Assembly (NCBI GenBank): GCA_964658305.1 | Contig: OZ210885.1 | Coordinates: forward strand, 13,578,001-13,642,000 | Length of the DNA stretch: 64,000 nucleotides | Direction: 5' to 3' | Source: Leptogorgia sarmentosa | Lineage: Eukaryota | The notes under the pieces: generated by a model | Seen by the model: only the letters and a program-made list of their open reading frames with translations | Told to the model about the DNA's origin: nothing | The model's database searches: none | Shown here: in pieces, positions 53,108 through 64,000 of the stretch | How positions within the stretch are numbered: the stretch's first letter is position 1 | Layout: the number at the start of each line of letters is the position of its first letter | Translations under genes and position numbers: made by a program

Positions 53108-53750
53108 AGTGACAAAGATTGCTTGGTGATTCTTGATGATGTTTGGAGTGTAAACCACGCGTCTGTATTTGATCATCTCTCTGGAAAATGCCAATTATTA
53201 ATAACTACAAGGAATTCTGAAGTTGTCCGCGGTTTACAAGGTTCTGCTTTGTATACACTCAAATTTTTAGAACGGACTGGATCTTGCAAGCTCTTGTATC
53301 AAAGCGCCCAAGTCACCGAGGACGAGCAGTCTAAGTTTAGTTCAAACATGCGGCGAATTATGGAGGAACTGTTAAACCACTGCGGCGATCTACCGCTAGC
53401 TCTGTCCCTAGTGGGTTCAAGTTTAGCCGACACTCGCGACGAAAAAGACTGGGAAGACCTTTTAAATGACCTCAAAACAGCGGACTTGGTAAAATTACGT
53501 TCAATATATCCCGCCAATGCTTATCCTTACGACAACGTTTTAACAGCCATTAACGCCAGCTTTCAACATTTCAACGAAGAAATACGAGAAAAGTTTCTAG
53601 ATTTCGCTTTATTTCCAGAAGATACGGATGTACCATCAGACATCCTTGAGATGTTTTGGTCTTCCAAAGTAGCCGGAAGAACTTCGTGCAGCCGTCGTGA
53701 AGCAAGACGTATACTTGATGAGCTCGAAAAGAAGTCGATGATTCAAAAAG
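53108..53750 (+). CDS. Gene B exon 5: NB-ARC core
   Basis: CLVILDDVW, CGDLPLAL, FALFPED; ttgcag acceptor, AAAG|gtaaat donor. Confidence 0.9.
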
Positions 53751-54181
53751 GTAAATGAAGGCAGGGTGCATGATAATAGAAAAAATCTTGCCACAGTTGG
53801 AAATAGCGTGCAAAAATTACCGAGTTGTCTATTAGCGACTATTTGTTAAATAGACGACGGCTGAGTAGCCAATCAGGATGTAGCATTTTTATTAGACGAT
53901 GGTTGGGTGTATACTAAAACTGCAAAGTTTAAAGAAGAAATATCATAAAATGGGAATATCATTACCAGACACAGTTCATTTTGTGTACTATTGTATCAGC
54001 ACAAACTAAATTATATCCATTTCAGACGATAATGGGTATTATTATACATTTAATACTTATTCTCGTTCCTGATTGGTCAGAAAGCACCGGCAAATTCTTA
54101 GTATTCGGTATTTATTACGTATTTTCCGCTGGTGACGTCATCAGCGTCCAATAAGATTTTTTTTGGATCGAACTTGCATCC

Positions 54182-54563
54182 TGTAACTCCCGCACACTTC
54201 GCACCAGGGACTCTTGGAGTTTTTCGTTCTAACTGACACCCAGCACAACACAAATTCACCGCAGGAAACGCAAGTTCAACTTTATGAATATGTATTATGA
54301 CTGATCGATGTGACGTAAACTAAAAGTGATACAATCTCAATATAATAACAACAACAAATAGGACTCAAAGTCAAATGTTAGCCTACCGATTTTTCCCAAT
54401 ATAGTCCCCAGACGCACTAGTACAAATACAAGTACAAATAACAGTATAGTTCAGATTAATGTTCGCTACCGACGCTACGCACAACTCGTGTCAACTCCTG
54501 TCCGCTCGTGTCCGCCAGAAAACTGGCACTAATTTTATAGCCGCTGTGCCAAGGGCACTTACA
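54182..54563 (-). repeat. 3' LTR
   Basis: Base-for-base match to 60962-61343. Confidence 0.97.
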
Positions 54564-54592
54564 TGGCTCCCCTAAATTGGTACAATTTACAT

Positions 54593-57500
54593 TTAGCTCT
54601 TTGGCGGGGAATCGTCAATTTCTCTCTCTGACTTCAGTAGTAATATGAGTTTCTGGACGGGTCGTACTAGTAAGGATTGTTGGCGCACTCTTCGACCGTT
54701 CTTGTCCAACTCTGGATCACCCACGGTAACCTTCACGTTACGTACCAAGCCGTCGTCGTCCTGATGCGCTTCCTCAACGCGTCCTGTCTTACAACGATTA
54801 CACACCGTTCCTTCGTCTTTCAACAACACGATATCTCCCTGTGCCATGTTCCGACGTGGCACGTTCCACTTTTGTCTAGTCTGTAGCGCCAACAAATAAC
54901 TCTTTCTCCACCGTTCCCAGAAATAATTTGCGAGGTATTGAACTCGCCTCCATCGCTTTACAAGGTACAAGTCAGTCCTTTGAAACTCTCCAGGTGGCGG
55001 CATTAGAACACGCGTCTTCATTGTTAGTAACTGGTTTGGGGTCAATGGTCCTTCTTCGCAATTATGCAATCCAGCCATCGGACGGCTATTTACGATGCTC
55101 TCGACTTCACAGAGCAATGTACGCAAAGACTCGTCATCTAGTTGGGTTCCATGTCCTTCGAGGAGTCCGTCAAGCACGTTTCGTACGGTCCTGATCATTC
55201 TTTCCCAAACGCCTCCGGCATGGCTTGCGGTGGGTGTGTTCAATTTAAATTCGAACCAATCGCACTCTCGCTTGAGCAGAAACTGTCGCACTTCGTTCTG
55301 ATTCATTTGTTTCAACATGTCTCGTAGTTCGTTTCGCGCTCCGACCAGGTTTGTTCCTTGATCACAACGCAGCTGTCTAATCGGACCTCGTCGCGCAAGA
55401 AAGCATCGCAGAACGTTGATGAAGGAATCAGTTTCCAACGTTTTTGCCACCTCAAGGTGAATGGCACGCGATGACAAGCAGGTAAAGACGACGCCATACC
55501 GCTTCAATTCCTTTCTTCCTTCCTTAATATGCCATGGGCCAAAGTAGTCGACCCCGCAGTATGTGAATGGAGCTTCTTCTTCCATTCTGTCGGTCGGCAG
55601 GTTCGCCATTTTTTGTTGTTGGACCACACCTCGACACTTCTGACATATTACGCAGTTGGAGATTTGATAGCCTATAGAGGAGCTACCGCCAATCACCCAG
55701 TATCCGTTCGCTCGTAATTCGTTTAGTGTCATGCCTCGTCCTTGATGGCCAATTCGCTCGTGATGGTAACGCAAGACAAGGTTCGTCACATGTCCTCGTC
55801 TGGGCAGGATGATGGGATGTTTCACGTGTTCGGGTAGACCAGACTTCGTTAATCGACCTCCGACACGCAAGATACCGCTAGGATCAAGGAACGGGTCCAG
55901 CCGGTAGAGACAACTGGCTTTCTTCAACTTGGTCTTGATTGTGGCCTTTTTCTTTCGATCGGCATTTTCTCCTTGCAACGAGCGGAGTATTTTCATTTCT
56001 TCGCAGAATTCCTGCTCTTGCACCATACGTATGATTTCCAACTCAGCACTTTGAAGATCTTCTACGTCGATTCTTTGCTTACTGGTCGTCGTTTCTTCAG
56101 GGTTATCACGGTTGCGAACACGTTGCTTCAAGCGATTCTTCAGATTCGTGCAATTAGCGATAGCACGTTTCGCTCGATGCCAAGAGGAGAAGTACTTTAG
56201 ACGTTCAGTTATCGACGAATGTTCACTCTCGGTTACTTTAGTCGCAAGCGCCTTTATCCCCTTTACTTCGGGGTCATTATCTGCGGGAATCCACTCTTGT
56301 TTGACCGGTGGTTGAATTTCGCGTTGCCAGAGAAAGGACGGGCCGTTCAGCCATCGACTGTCTCCAGTGAGCTGTTCGGAGGTTAAGCCTCTAGAGGCAT
56401 CATCCGCTGGGTTGTCTTCGCTCTCTACATAGTGCCACTGTTCGGGTGACGTGGCGTTTCGGATTTGCTGAACGCGGTTGGCCACGAACACTTGGAATCG
56501 TCGTGAATCGTTGTTGATGTAACCCAGCACAACTCTGCTGTCTGACCAGAAAACATTGACTACATTGTCGTACGTCAATTCGTTGTTAAGCATGGTGCTC
56601 ACCTTGACTGCGACAAGGGCGGCAGATAACTCAAGTCGTGGAATCGTGACGTGCTTCAAAGGTGACACTCGAGATTTTCCCATAAGGAAGGCACAATGAA
56701 CTTCCTTCTTCGCGTTAACGAGACGGATGTAAGAGCATTGTCCGTAACCAGTGGTGCTCGCGTCCGCGAAATGATGCAACTCTACTGTAGTCGCTTCTTC
56801 GAACCCGGCAGGCGTTAGACATCGTGGAATTCGTATCCTATCGAGCATGAGCAACTCGCCTCTGAATTTCTCCCATCTGGTACGTATCGCATCTGGAACA
56901 GGATCGTCCCATTCGGCTTGATCTCGGCAGAGATCCTGGAGAATTTGTCTTCCGGTCAGTAGAAGAGGGGCGGCAAAACCCAAGGGATCGTATATTGAAC
57001 TAATGGTTGACAATATTCCGCGGCGGGTGAAAGGCTTGTCGGAAAGTGTAATTCGCAGCATGAAGGAATCCGACTCGATGCACCATTGTGTTCCCAGCGT
57101 CCGTTCTATGGGCAGAGTACCGTTAGTGAAATCAACATTCTTCAGGGTTGCCGCTCGATCGTTGGGAGGAATAGTGGATAGCACCTCTTGCGAGCTTGAC
57201 ACAAACTTATGCAACCGCAGTCCCTTACGGGAAAGCATGTTCTTTGTGTTCTGAATCATCGATACAGCATCTGGAACAGATTTTAACGACTTCAATCCGT
57301 CGTCGACGTAGAAATCTTGTTTCACAAAGTTCGCAACTTCGTCGCCGAATTCTTCCTTATATTCCTCGGCTATGGCCTTCAGCCCGTAATTTGCGCAACC
57401 GGGTGACGATGTCGCGCCGAATAGGTGAACGGTCATTCGGTATTCGTTGGGTTCCTTGGAAAGGTCACCGTCCTTCCACCATAGAAACCTCAGGTAATTC

Positions 57501-60500
57501 CTGTGTTCGACGTTCACATGAAATTGGTGAAACATGGCTTCGACATCACAGGAAAACGCAATCGGGAACTGCCGAAACCTCAATAGGACGCCAAGTAGAC
57601 AATTTATCTGGTCGGGGCCTTGCAGCAGGTGTTGATTCAATGATTCGCCGCGATAACTGGCGCTGCAGTCGAATACGACGCGAAGCTTCTCGGGCTTCTG
57701 AGGGTGATAAACCCCGTGATGTGGGATGTACCATGTGTGGTTGACTTCGTTCTTCGACCCAACATCGGGAACTGGTTCCGCATAACCCTTTTCTAGGAGC
57801 TCGTTCATGAATGAGGTGTATTGTTCATGATAACGTTTGTCTTTCTGCAATCGGCTTCTAAGTCTGTTCAGGCGACTCAGTGCGGATAATCTGTTGTTTG
57901 GCAGTTCTGGTGTACCATTTCGAAAGGGTAATGGCATTTCGTAGTGACCATTAGGAGCCTCGTGTATCCCGTTTTGTAGCTGTTCCATGAACTTCATATC
58001 ATCCTGGGAGACTGGGTTATCGCCTTCGCTTCGTTCTGAGAAATCTAATTCCATCATGCGTCTCACTTCCTGAGGGTTAATGACTTCCTTGGCAGTCGTG
58101 GTCGTGCGGAAGGTGCACGTCCTGGCGGGATCTCGAGCAGCGGTTACTGGTAGAGTTACGATTCTATGCACAACGGATCTCTTGTCATCGGTGTCAGGCT
58201 CGTTGGTGTTTACGGATCCAATTATTCCCCATCCCAACTCAGTTTGCTGGGCGTAGGGTTCGTTGCCTTGACCTGGTACAACTCTTCGAGGTACTATCGC
58301 ACGTGGACAGTTCGCACCAATTAATAGTCCGACCTCGATATCGTCGTCGTACGGTGCTAATTCGGCCGCGATCGTTGTCAGATGATTCCATTCCATTGCC
58401 ATCTCGGGACGTGGGATCTGAGATCTTCGCACTGGAATATCCGGGCACGAAAATGCTTGCGGCAGAGGTATCTGAGTGCTGCGATTGAAGTCGCTAACCA
58501 CGAGGCCATTGATCTTGGTAGTTTGGACAACTTCATTTGCGGCGTGCATGGTCGAAAGAGAAATTTGTGTCACATGCCCCTTGATCCCCAGTTTTTCGAG
58601 AATGCCCTGTGAAACAAACGTGGTGTCAGATTGTTCGTCGAGTACAGCGTAGACAGGTATGGCTTCGGATCCCTCACTACCGCGGTACAGCCAAACGGGA
58701 ACAATCATCGAGCTAACGGCACCGTCGCATTTAGTGCTGGTAGATTTGCAAACGACCTCCTTCGGTTCCTCCGAAGATTTTGTTTCAGAGGGTTCGTTAT
58801 TCTTGCGCACGTTCTTCGTGTCTCCATGCAGTGATGTAGGGTGGGCCTTGTTGCAGCTAGCACATCTTTTCCGATTCTTGCATTCTCTGGATACATGTCC
58901 CTTTCCCAGGCATCCAAAGCACAAAGAGTTCAGTTTCGCAAACTCTTTCCTTGCCGGGACGTCCATGCTCATGTAAGTTTTGCACGACTCTAGTTCGTGA
59001 ACCTCTTCGCACATAGCGCACACGGGGATCGCAGATTTGCTTGATCCGGTACTCTTGTCGACATTCGTTGCCATCGATCTAACAAATTCCTTGCCACTAG
59101 ATCGTTGAAACGCATTTCGGGGTTTTCCAAAGTCTCTTGACTTTCGATACGCTTTCGGGTCGTCGTCCACAGGTGCCTTGCGCTGGGCAAGGTTGGTTGG
59201 ATCGCACGCGATGTCTGCCTCCACAACGACGTATCGGACGAACTCGGAAAATGGAGGATATTGTTTCTTCTCATTCTTCCATTTGTACACTGTCCTCGCC
59301 CATCTGGTGACAGCCCATTTCGGTAGCTTGAAAGACATCTTGTAGATCTCTTGATCATCGTTGAGAGCCTTTAAGCTGTCGACGGTGCTCATGGCCTTTT
59401 CGCATTGCACCAGGAAATCCGCATATCTTCGCAATCCCAGGCTATCCTGCGCGGGAATCGGAGGCCACGTTTCTAACTTCTTCCGAAACGCTGAGGCAAC
59501 TGCAAACGGGTCGCCGAAACGTTTACGTAGCATTTCCTTTGCCTTCGAGTAGGCGTCATCACCGTCCATCAGCAGAAATCCATCTATTATGTGCTTAGCT
59601 TCACCACCTACGTATCGTCCCAAAAAGTGTAACTTTTCGGTCGCACTAATCACGCGTGTCTCAATTAATGTCTCGAAGGCCTTGAGCCAAATCGGAAACT
59701 TTAAGGGGTCGCCGCTAAATACTTCGGGTTGTGGAAGTGGCAATCGATTTTGGGTTTGACTTTCTACGAGCTTATTCAACGCATCAACGTGAGCCTGTAT
59801 TATGTTTGGGTCCTCTCGGTTGTGTGTGGCGCTACTTGTTCGGGTGTCTGTCGCAGTGCTATCGTTTGCAGCCGGTGGTGCATATTGGCAAGCGTTGGCG
59901 TTTAGCGTGGAGACATGCGGTGTATTGGCTGGCGTCTCTACGACTGATGCGGATGTTGTACGTTGATTGCATCCACTGTGGTCAAGCGTTTCCGGTTCTC
60001 TTGGTTCCTGCAGGTCTCGCGCTGACTGGGACTGGAAGTAGCGTTCGATGCGATCGGTTCCAGTATCATCGCAGGGGATCTCATCGATCGTCTTGAAAGC
60101 TTCCTCATCTTCCTCATATCTGGCGCATACTTCTATTCGAGCTTCGGTTTCGGCGAGTTCCTCTCTAATCTTAAACCTTTCGTTCGAAGTGAGTATCTGC
60201 TCCTTGACCTTCTGCTCTTCCCTTCGAGTTTCTTGTATTTTGTGCTCAATTTGTTCTAGGAGCAGCTGATTTTCCTTATCGACGTTTTCTCTCTCACAGG
60301 CAATGCGTATCTTGGCCTTCAGAACAGCAGCGTCCTCTTCCAATTGTTGTCTTCTTTGTCTGCTCGATGACGTAGTGCTGGCTCTTGAAGCACCAGACAG
60401 GCGGCTTTGACCGGATTTAGAAGACGAGTGACTTCGGTTGGATCTTCGAGATTTGACTGACTGATTGTCTCCTGCATCCGATTTTAAGTCTCTGATTGCC

Positions 60501-60814
60501 TGGTGAGCGTGTTGTAAAATGTTGCTGTTTTCTTTACTAATGTCCTCAAATTTCCCGAACAGAGTAAATTTCTCAACAGAAGACTCGAGTGAGTTTTCAA
60601 ACTCTTCGTATGCTGTTGTTAGCTCTTTCATGCAATTTTCAAGATCGCAGCATTCGTTTTGCAGAGATGCGATATCCGTACAATTTACCAATTTACCTTG
60701 CGCGTGATTTGCTTGTTTTCTCCATGTCTTGATTTTATTATGAAAAATGTCTTGAAGATCAATTTTCCCAGAATGCTCGCTCGTTTCGAGAAATTCGGCG
60801 GTATTTTCTGCCAT
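54593..60814 (-). CDS. BEL/Pao Gag-Pol polyprotein (2073 aa)
   Basis: Three Cys/His knuckles (CAMC..H..C, CFGC..H..C, CASC..H..H), protease LDEQSD, RT FYVDD, RNase H HHFADAS, integrase VDYFGP / CDQGTN / GGVWERMIR, in PR-RT-RH-IN order. Confidence 0.96.
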   Translation of the reverse strand: MAENTAEFLETSEHSGKIDLQDIFHNKIKTWRKQANHAQGKLVNCTDIASLQNECCDLENCMKELTTAYEEFENSLESSVEKFTLFGKFEDISKENSNILQHAHQAIRDLKSDAGDNQSVKSRRSNRSHSSSKSGQSRLSGASRASTTSSSRQRRQQLEEDAAVLKAKIRIACERENVDKENQLLLEQIEHKIQETRREEQKVKEQILTSNERFKIREELAETEARIEVCARYEEDEEAFKTIDEIPCDDTGTDRIERYFQSQSARDLQEPREPETLDHSGCNQRTTSASVVETPANTPHVSTLNANACQYAPPAANDSTATDTRTSSATHNREDPNIIQAHVDALNKLVESQTQNRLPLPQPEVFSGDPLKFPIWLKAFETLIETRVISATEKLHFLGRYVGGEAKHIIDGFLLMDGDDAYSKAKEMLRKRFGDPFAVASAFRKKLETWPPIPAQDSLGLRRYADFLVQCEKAMSTVDSLKALNDDQEIYKMSFKLPKWAVTRWARTVYKWKNEKKQYPPFSEFVRYVVVEADIACDPTNLAQRKAPVDDDPKAYRKSRDFGKPRNAFQRSSGKEFVRSMATNVDKSTGSSKSAIPVCAMCEEVHELESCKTYMSMDVPARKEFAKLNSLCFGCLGKGHVSRECKNRKRCASCNKAHPTSLHGDTKNVRKNNEPSETKSSEEPKEVVCKSTSTKCDGAVSSMIVPVWLYRGSEGSEAIPVYAVLDEQSDTTFVSQGILEKLGIKGHVTQISLSTMHAANEVVQTTKINGLVVSDFNRSTQIPLPQAFSCPDIPVRRSQIPRPEMAMEWNHLTTIAAELAPYDDDIEVGLLIGANCPRAIVPRRVVPGQGNEPYAQQTELGWGIIGSVNTNEPDTDDKRSVVHRIVTLPVTAARDPARTCTFRTTTTAKEVINPQEVRRMMELDFSERSEGDNPVSQDDMKFMEQLQNGIHEAPNGHYEMPLPFRNGTPELPNNRLSALSRLNRLRSRLQKDKRYHEQYTSFMNELLEKGYAEPVPDVGSKNEVNHTWYIPHHGVYHPQKPEKLRVVFDCSASYRGESLNQHLLQGPDQINCLLGVLLRFRQFPIAFSCDVEAMFHQFHVNVEHRNYLRFLWWKDGDLSKEPNEYRMTVHLFGATSSPGCANYGLKAIAEEYKEEFGDEVANFVKQDFYVDDGLKSLKSVPDAVSMIQNTKNMLSRKGLRLHKFVSSSQEVLSTIPPNDRAATLKNVDFTNGTLPIERTLGTQWCIESDSFMLRITLSDKPFTRRGILSTISSIYDPLGFAAPLLLTGRQILQDLCRDQAEWDDPVPDAIRTRWEKFRGELLMLDRIRIPRCLTPAGFEEATTVELHHFADASTTGYGQCSYIRLVNAKKEVHCAFLMGKSRVSPLKHVTIPRLELSAALVAVKVSTMLNNELTYDNVVNVFWSDSRVVLGYINNDSRRFQVFVANRVQQIRNATSPEQWHYVESEDNPADDASRGLTSEQLTGDSRWLNGPSFLWQREIQPPVKQEWIPADNDPEVKGIKALATKVTESEHSSITERLKYFSSWHRAKRAIANCTNLKNRLKQRVRNRDNPEETTTSKQRIDVEDLQSAELEIIRMVQEQEFCEEMKILRSLQGENADRKKKATIKTKLKKASCLYRLDPFLDPSGILRVGGRLTKSGLPEHVKHPIILPRRGHVTNLVLRYHHERIGHQGRGMTLNELRANGYWVIGGSSSIGYQISNCVICQKCRGVVQQQKMANLPTDRMEEEAPFTYCGVDYFGPWHIKEGRKELKRYGVVFTCLSSRAIHLEVAKTLETDSFINVLRCFLARRGPIRQLRCDQGTNLVGARNELRDMLKQMNQNEVRQFLLKRECDWFEFKLNTPTASHAGGVWERMIRTVRNVLDGLLEGHGTQLDDESLRTLLCEVESIVNSRPMAGLHNCEEGPLTPNQLLTMKTRVLMPPPGEFQRTDLYLVKRWRRVQYLANYFWERWRKSYLLALQTRQKWNVPRRNMAQGDIVLLKDEGTVCNRCKTGRVEEAHQDDDGLVRNVKVTVGDPELDKNGRRVRQQSLLVRPVQKLILLLKSEREIDDSPPKS

Positions 60815-60961
60815 TTTCCGACGTATTTCCGAAGTGCCGCCGACGTCGTTCCGGTCGTGATTCGATTACGTGCTCATTCAAGATGGCGACCGCAAATACA
60901 CGACGTTCAGCGTACGTTTTTAACTTTGCCCGACTCGTCAATCGCAGTGGAAATCGTTTAC

Positions 60962-61343
60962 TGTAACTCCCGCACACTTCGCACCAGGGACTCTTGGAGT
61001 TTTTCGTTCTAACTGACACCCAGCACAACACAAATTCACCGCAGGAAACGCAAGTTCAACTTTATGAATATGTATTATGACTGATCGATGTGACGTAAAC
61101 TAAAAGTGATACAATCTCAATATAATAACAACAACAAATAGGACTCAAAGTCAAATGTTAGCCTACCGATTTTTCCCAATATAGTCCCCAGACGCACTAG
61201 TACAAATACAAGTACAAATAACAGTATAGTTCAGATTAATGTTCGCTACCGACGCTACGCACAACTCGTGTCAACTCCTGTCCGCTCGTGTCCGCCAGAA
61301 AACTGGCACTAATTTTATAGCCGCTGTGCCAAGGGCACTTACA
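60962..61343 (-). repeat. 5' LTR
   Basis: Base-for-base match to 54182-54563. Confidence 0.97.
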
Positions 61344-62204
61344 CATCCAAAAAAAAATTATTGGACTCTCTCGTGCCCAAGCCCCAGCGCTGTGAAAAGC
61401 TTCAAGCTAAAAGCGCGCGAAAAAACAAACAAACAAACAAACAATGGCCTGTAGCAGATTTGCTTCGCTGAATGAAAGTGAACTCTCCAAATTACCGTAT
61501 CTTTTAAATGTATAATAAAACAATTATTGGATTCGGCTTTCGCATGATATCAAGAATTATTCAGACCTCGGTCAATGTTATCCGCCTCAGCTTCGCTTCG
61601 GCAGGTTACATTGACCTCGGTCTGAATAATTCTTGATATCATGCTCAGCCTCATCCAATAATTGTTTATTAAATTACTTCTGCGTTATAAATAGTTTGTA
61701 AATTGTGCGAAATTTGCATGGGCACAATTTCCCCATTTTATGAATTTTATTCTTCAAACTTTGCATTCAGACTATTTTCAGCATGTTGTTTCCAACTGTG
61801 ATGATGTCTTATTTTCAAACTTTTGCGATCGCTAAATTTTCTGTTGCTTCCTGCACCATAATCAAATGAAATTCACAAAAACGACGTGAGGTTTTTGAAA
61901 CATTTTTTTTACTGCAGCTCCTTTGCCAAATATATCATTCAGCTATAATCGTAATTACGTTCGCAATTTAATTCCGTATTGTCGGTAATCCAAATTTGCC
62001 CGTTCATTTTCCCAATGTTTTCAGTGTTTTCCACTGACATTCCTAGATGAGCAACTAATCGACTTGAAGGGAAAATACTTCCATCTCCCTGGGGTATGCT
62101 AAATCCGAAAAATTATTGTACTATAGCCAGCCTGCGGCCCCAGTCTGCTGTACTGTCCTGTAACAAAGAATACTCGCAGTGAATGGTCTAACGAAAATTT
62201 TCAG

Positions 62205-62615
62205 GATCTGGTATCCATGGAAAGAAGAGCTACCGTCTCCACGATCTCCTTTTGGGTTTTGCACGTGCAAAACTTGGAGCAAAACTAGGTTCTGTTCACT
62301 GTTTATTCGTGGAGGCACTTCTTGGTAATTGCGAGAACGGTGATTGGGGGAAATTTAAAGGCAACAAGGATTATTATTTCAAGTACCTGACCTATCACCT
62401 CCACTCCTCTGAACAATTTGATGAACTACATAAATTATTCTTCAATTTTAACTGGCTTTATGAAAAGGTGAATCGATTCGATCTCCCCTCCTTAATATCA
62501 GATTTTCGTTTTCTGGACCCTCCCTCGAAAGAAATCGAACTGCTCAAGACGTCGTTGATGCTGTCTTCGACGGTTATCGAGGAGAATTTGCATTCTATTG
62601 GTCCACAGCTGTTAG
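62205..62615 (+). CDS. Gene B exon 6: LHD motif and helical domain
   Basis: ttcag|GATCTGGT gives SGIHGKKSYRLHDLLLGF...; TTAG|gtaat donor. Confidence 0.88.
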
Positions 62616-63629
62616 GTAATTACTTTATTTTTTTGCTAAATTTTGTTTCACTTCCCAAACGATACGATAAGATTCCACATTTCTTTCGAAAACTGGTGGG
62701 TCAAATCCATCCGATTGGTTTTTACTTGCATGGTTTCCATATATTCCCTAATATAAAACCCTTGTGTTTTCATTAATACTTCGAGAACAAGTGTAAATTC
62801 GTAATAATATTATTGCAGTACACGTTCACTAAACTTTTTTGTCCAAAGTTGACAATAAATGACAAAAAAAACAAGAATTTTAGCGTTGATAAGCGTTTAT
62901 TTATTTGTTTTTATAATGTATCGCGGGCTGGAAAACGTGGTATTTGAAAAATTAATTACACACCTGTGTAATTAATGTTTAATTCGCACAGTTGTTGAAG
63001 CTTTTTAACCAATCAGCGTCCAAGAAATTGACTACAATGATATTAAAGTTAAAATTTAAAATCAGAAAGTTGATAAATTTTGATGAAGGACTTGGAGTTT
63101 TAAGAAATTTACTACCTGTTATGCAGTATTTCATCTGTACTTCAACTATGAACTGTCAGCCACCGATGATCAGATAAGAGAACTATAGCACGATTGTAAA
63201 TATGTCTGTGATTTCAACTTCCCGAAAATGACTATATACAATGAAGACACGACAAAAGAAAGATTATTCTTCCCAGAGCGGAAGTCGATATTTATGGACT
63301 TTATGCATAACCGCACATGTTGCATATCCTTTCCGTCGTAAAGAACATTGCTAACTTAATCAAGAACACATGCATACTATACTCTGTTAATCGTTGGTTC
63401 TGATGTCAATAATTGTAACTAGCAACTAAGCATGACAACTGCTGGTATATTGCAGAATTAACCCTTGTCAGTGTAACATATGCGGAAATGAATCATTTCA
63501 TAAATACTCGTTCCGTTATATCATAAAATAAATTACTCATCTTTTTACTGTCACAATATAAAACAGAATACAACATCATTTCAACAATTGCAAAGCATTC
63601 AAAACTCTTTTTAGATCAATATTAGTAGT

Positions 63630-63674
63630 ATCGCCTGATGATCGCTTTAAAAGCGTGAAACACTGTGTAGCGAT
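63630..63674 (+). ncRNA. Type I hammerhead-like ribozyme (U-U at the base of helix II)
   Basis: ATCGC-CTGATGA-T-CGCTTT-A-AAAGCG-T-GAA-ACAC-T-GTGT-A-GCGAT; helix I ATCGC/GCGAT; GUA triplet; followed by AATAAA and an AT tract. Confidence 0.7.
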
Positions 63675-63864
63675 TAATTTTAAGATTAAATAAAATATTA
63701 TATTATATTATATATAATTATATATAGTATAATCAGATAGGCCCGTTAGTTGTTCAATTTTAATTTTTGCCCGGTCAAAAAATTGTCTTAATCTTTATAT
63801 ATGCTATTTTAAATGTTATGATTTTGTTACGTACGTTAATAATGTTGTGTAATTTTTTTTCCAG

Positions 63865-64000
63865 GCAGACTGCTATCTTATAAAGAGTATAAAGACGCTA
63901 TTAGAGCAACTCCGTGCAACATGCACGGAGACTTGCCGTCTTATCCCGGAATTCTCATGTTTAGATCTTGGAGGCCCAGAGATCTTTCGAAAAACGTTTG
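63865..64000 (+). pseudogene. Gene B exon 7 (partial) with 8-bp frameshifting deletion
   Basis: B reads GAGTAT-AAAGACGCTA where A reads GAGTAT-CCGGGGAT-AAAGACGCTA. Confidence 0.8.

Larger units (their letters stand above)
54182..61343 (-). mobile_element. Full-length BEL/Pao LTR retrotransposon, antisense in gene B intron 5
   Basis: 382-bp TG..CA LTRs, 5-bp TSD CATCC (54177-54181 and 61344-61348), PPT AGGGGAGCCA next to the 3' LTR, single gag-pol ORF. Confidence 0.97.
54041..61670. mobile_element. About 470-bp non-autonomous hairpin-ended element split by the BEL insertion
   Basis: The whole interval is absent from the matching gene A intron (empty site near 14345, GTGTATTAACTTAC); long palindrome at about 61515-61670. 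Confidence 0.7.
46631..64000 (+). pseudogene. Gene B: paralogous HEPN - coiled coil - NB-ARC gene, frameshifted before the WD40 region (pseudogene or truncated variant); exons 46631-47216, 48246-48340, 49907-50111, 52218-52555, 53108-53750, 62205-62615, 63865->64000
   Basis: Same exon sizes and phases as gene A with intact splice sites through exon 6; exon 7 lacks the 8 nt CCGGGGAT after 63890. Confidence 0.75.

Noticed and set aside
54677..61031. Many short overlapping ORFs within the retrotransposon
   Set aside because: Shadow ORFs of the GC-richer gag-pol frame.

Overview
AT-rich, intron-containing animal DNA; the repeat styles and gene family suggest an anthozoan cnidarian (inference only). 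The main content is a divergent (head-to-head) pair of paralogous NLR-like genes with the architecture DZIP3-like HEPN (RxxxxH) - coiled coil - APAF-1-type NB-ARC/STAND ATPase - helical domain - WD40. Gene A is on the minus strand, with 8 phase-compatible coding exons from 23430 down to 6340 and probably more beyond. Gene B is on the plus strand from 46631 to the window end. The two are near-identical from intron 2 onward, introns included, but carry strongly divergent HEPN exons. Gene B has an 8-bp frameshifting deletion just before its WD40 region and an intact BEL/Pao LTR retrotransposon (identical LTRs, CATCC TSD) in an intron. The rest is mobile DNA: nested MITEs and foldbacks, a 1.5-kb palindromic element with a 22-bp minisatellite core, hairpin-capped non-autonomous elements, a decayed Penelope-like element, hammerhead ribozyme motifs and two tandem duplications.
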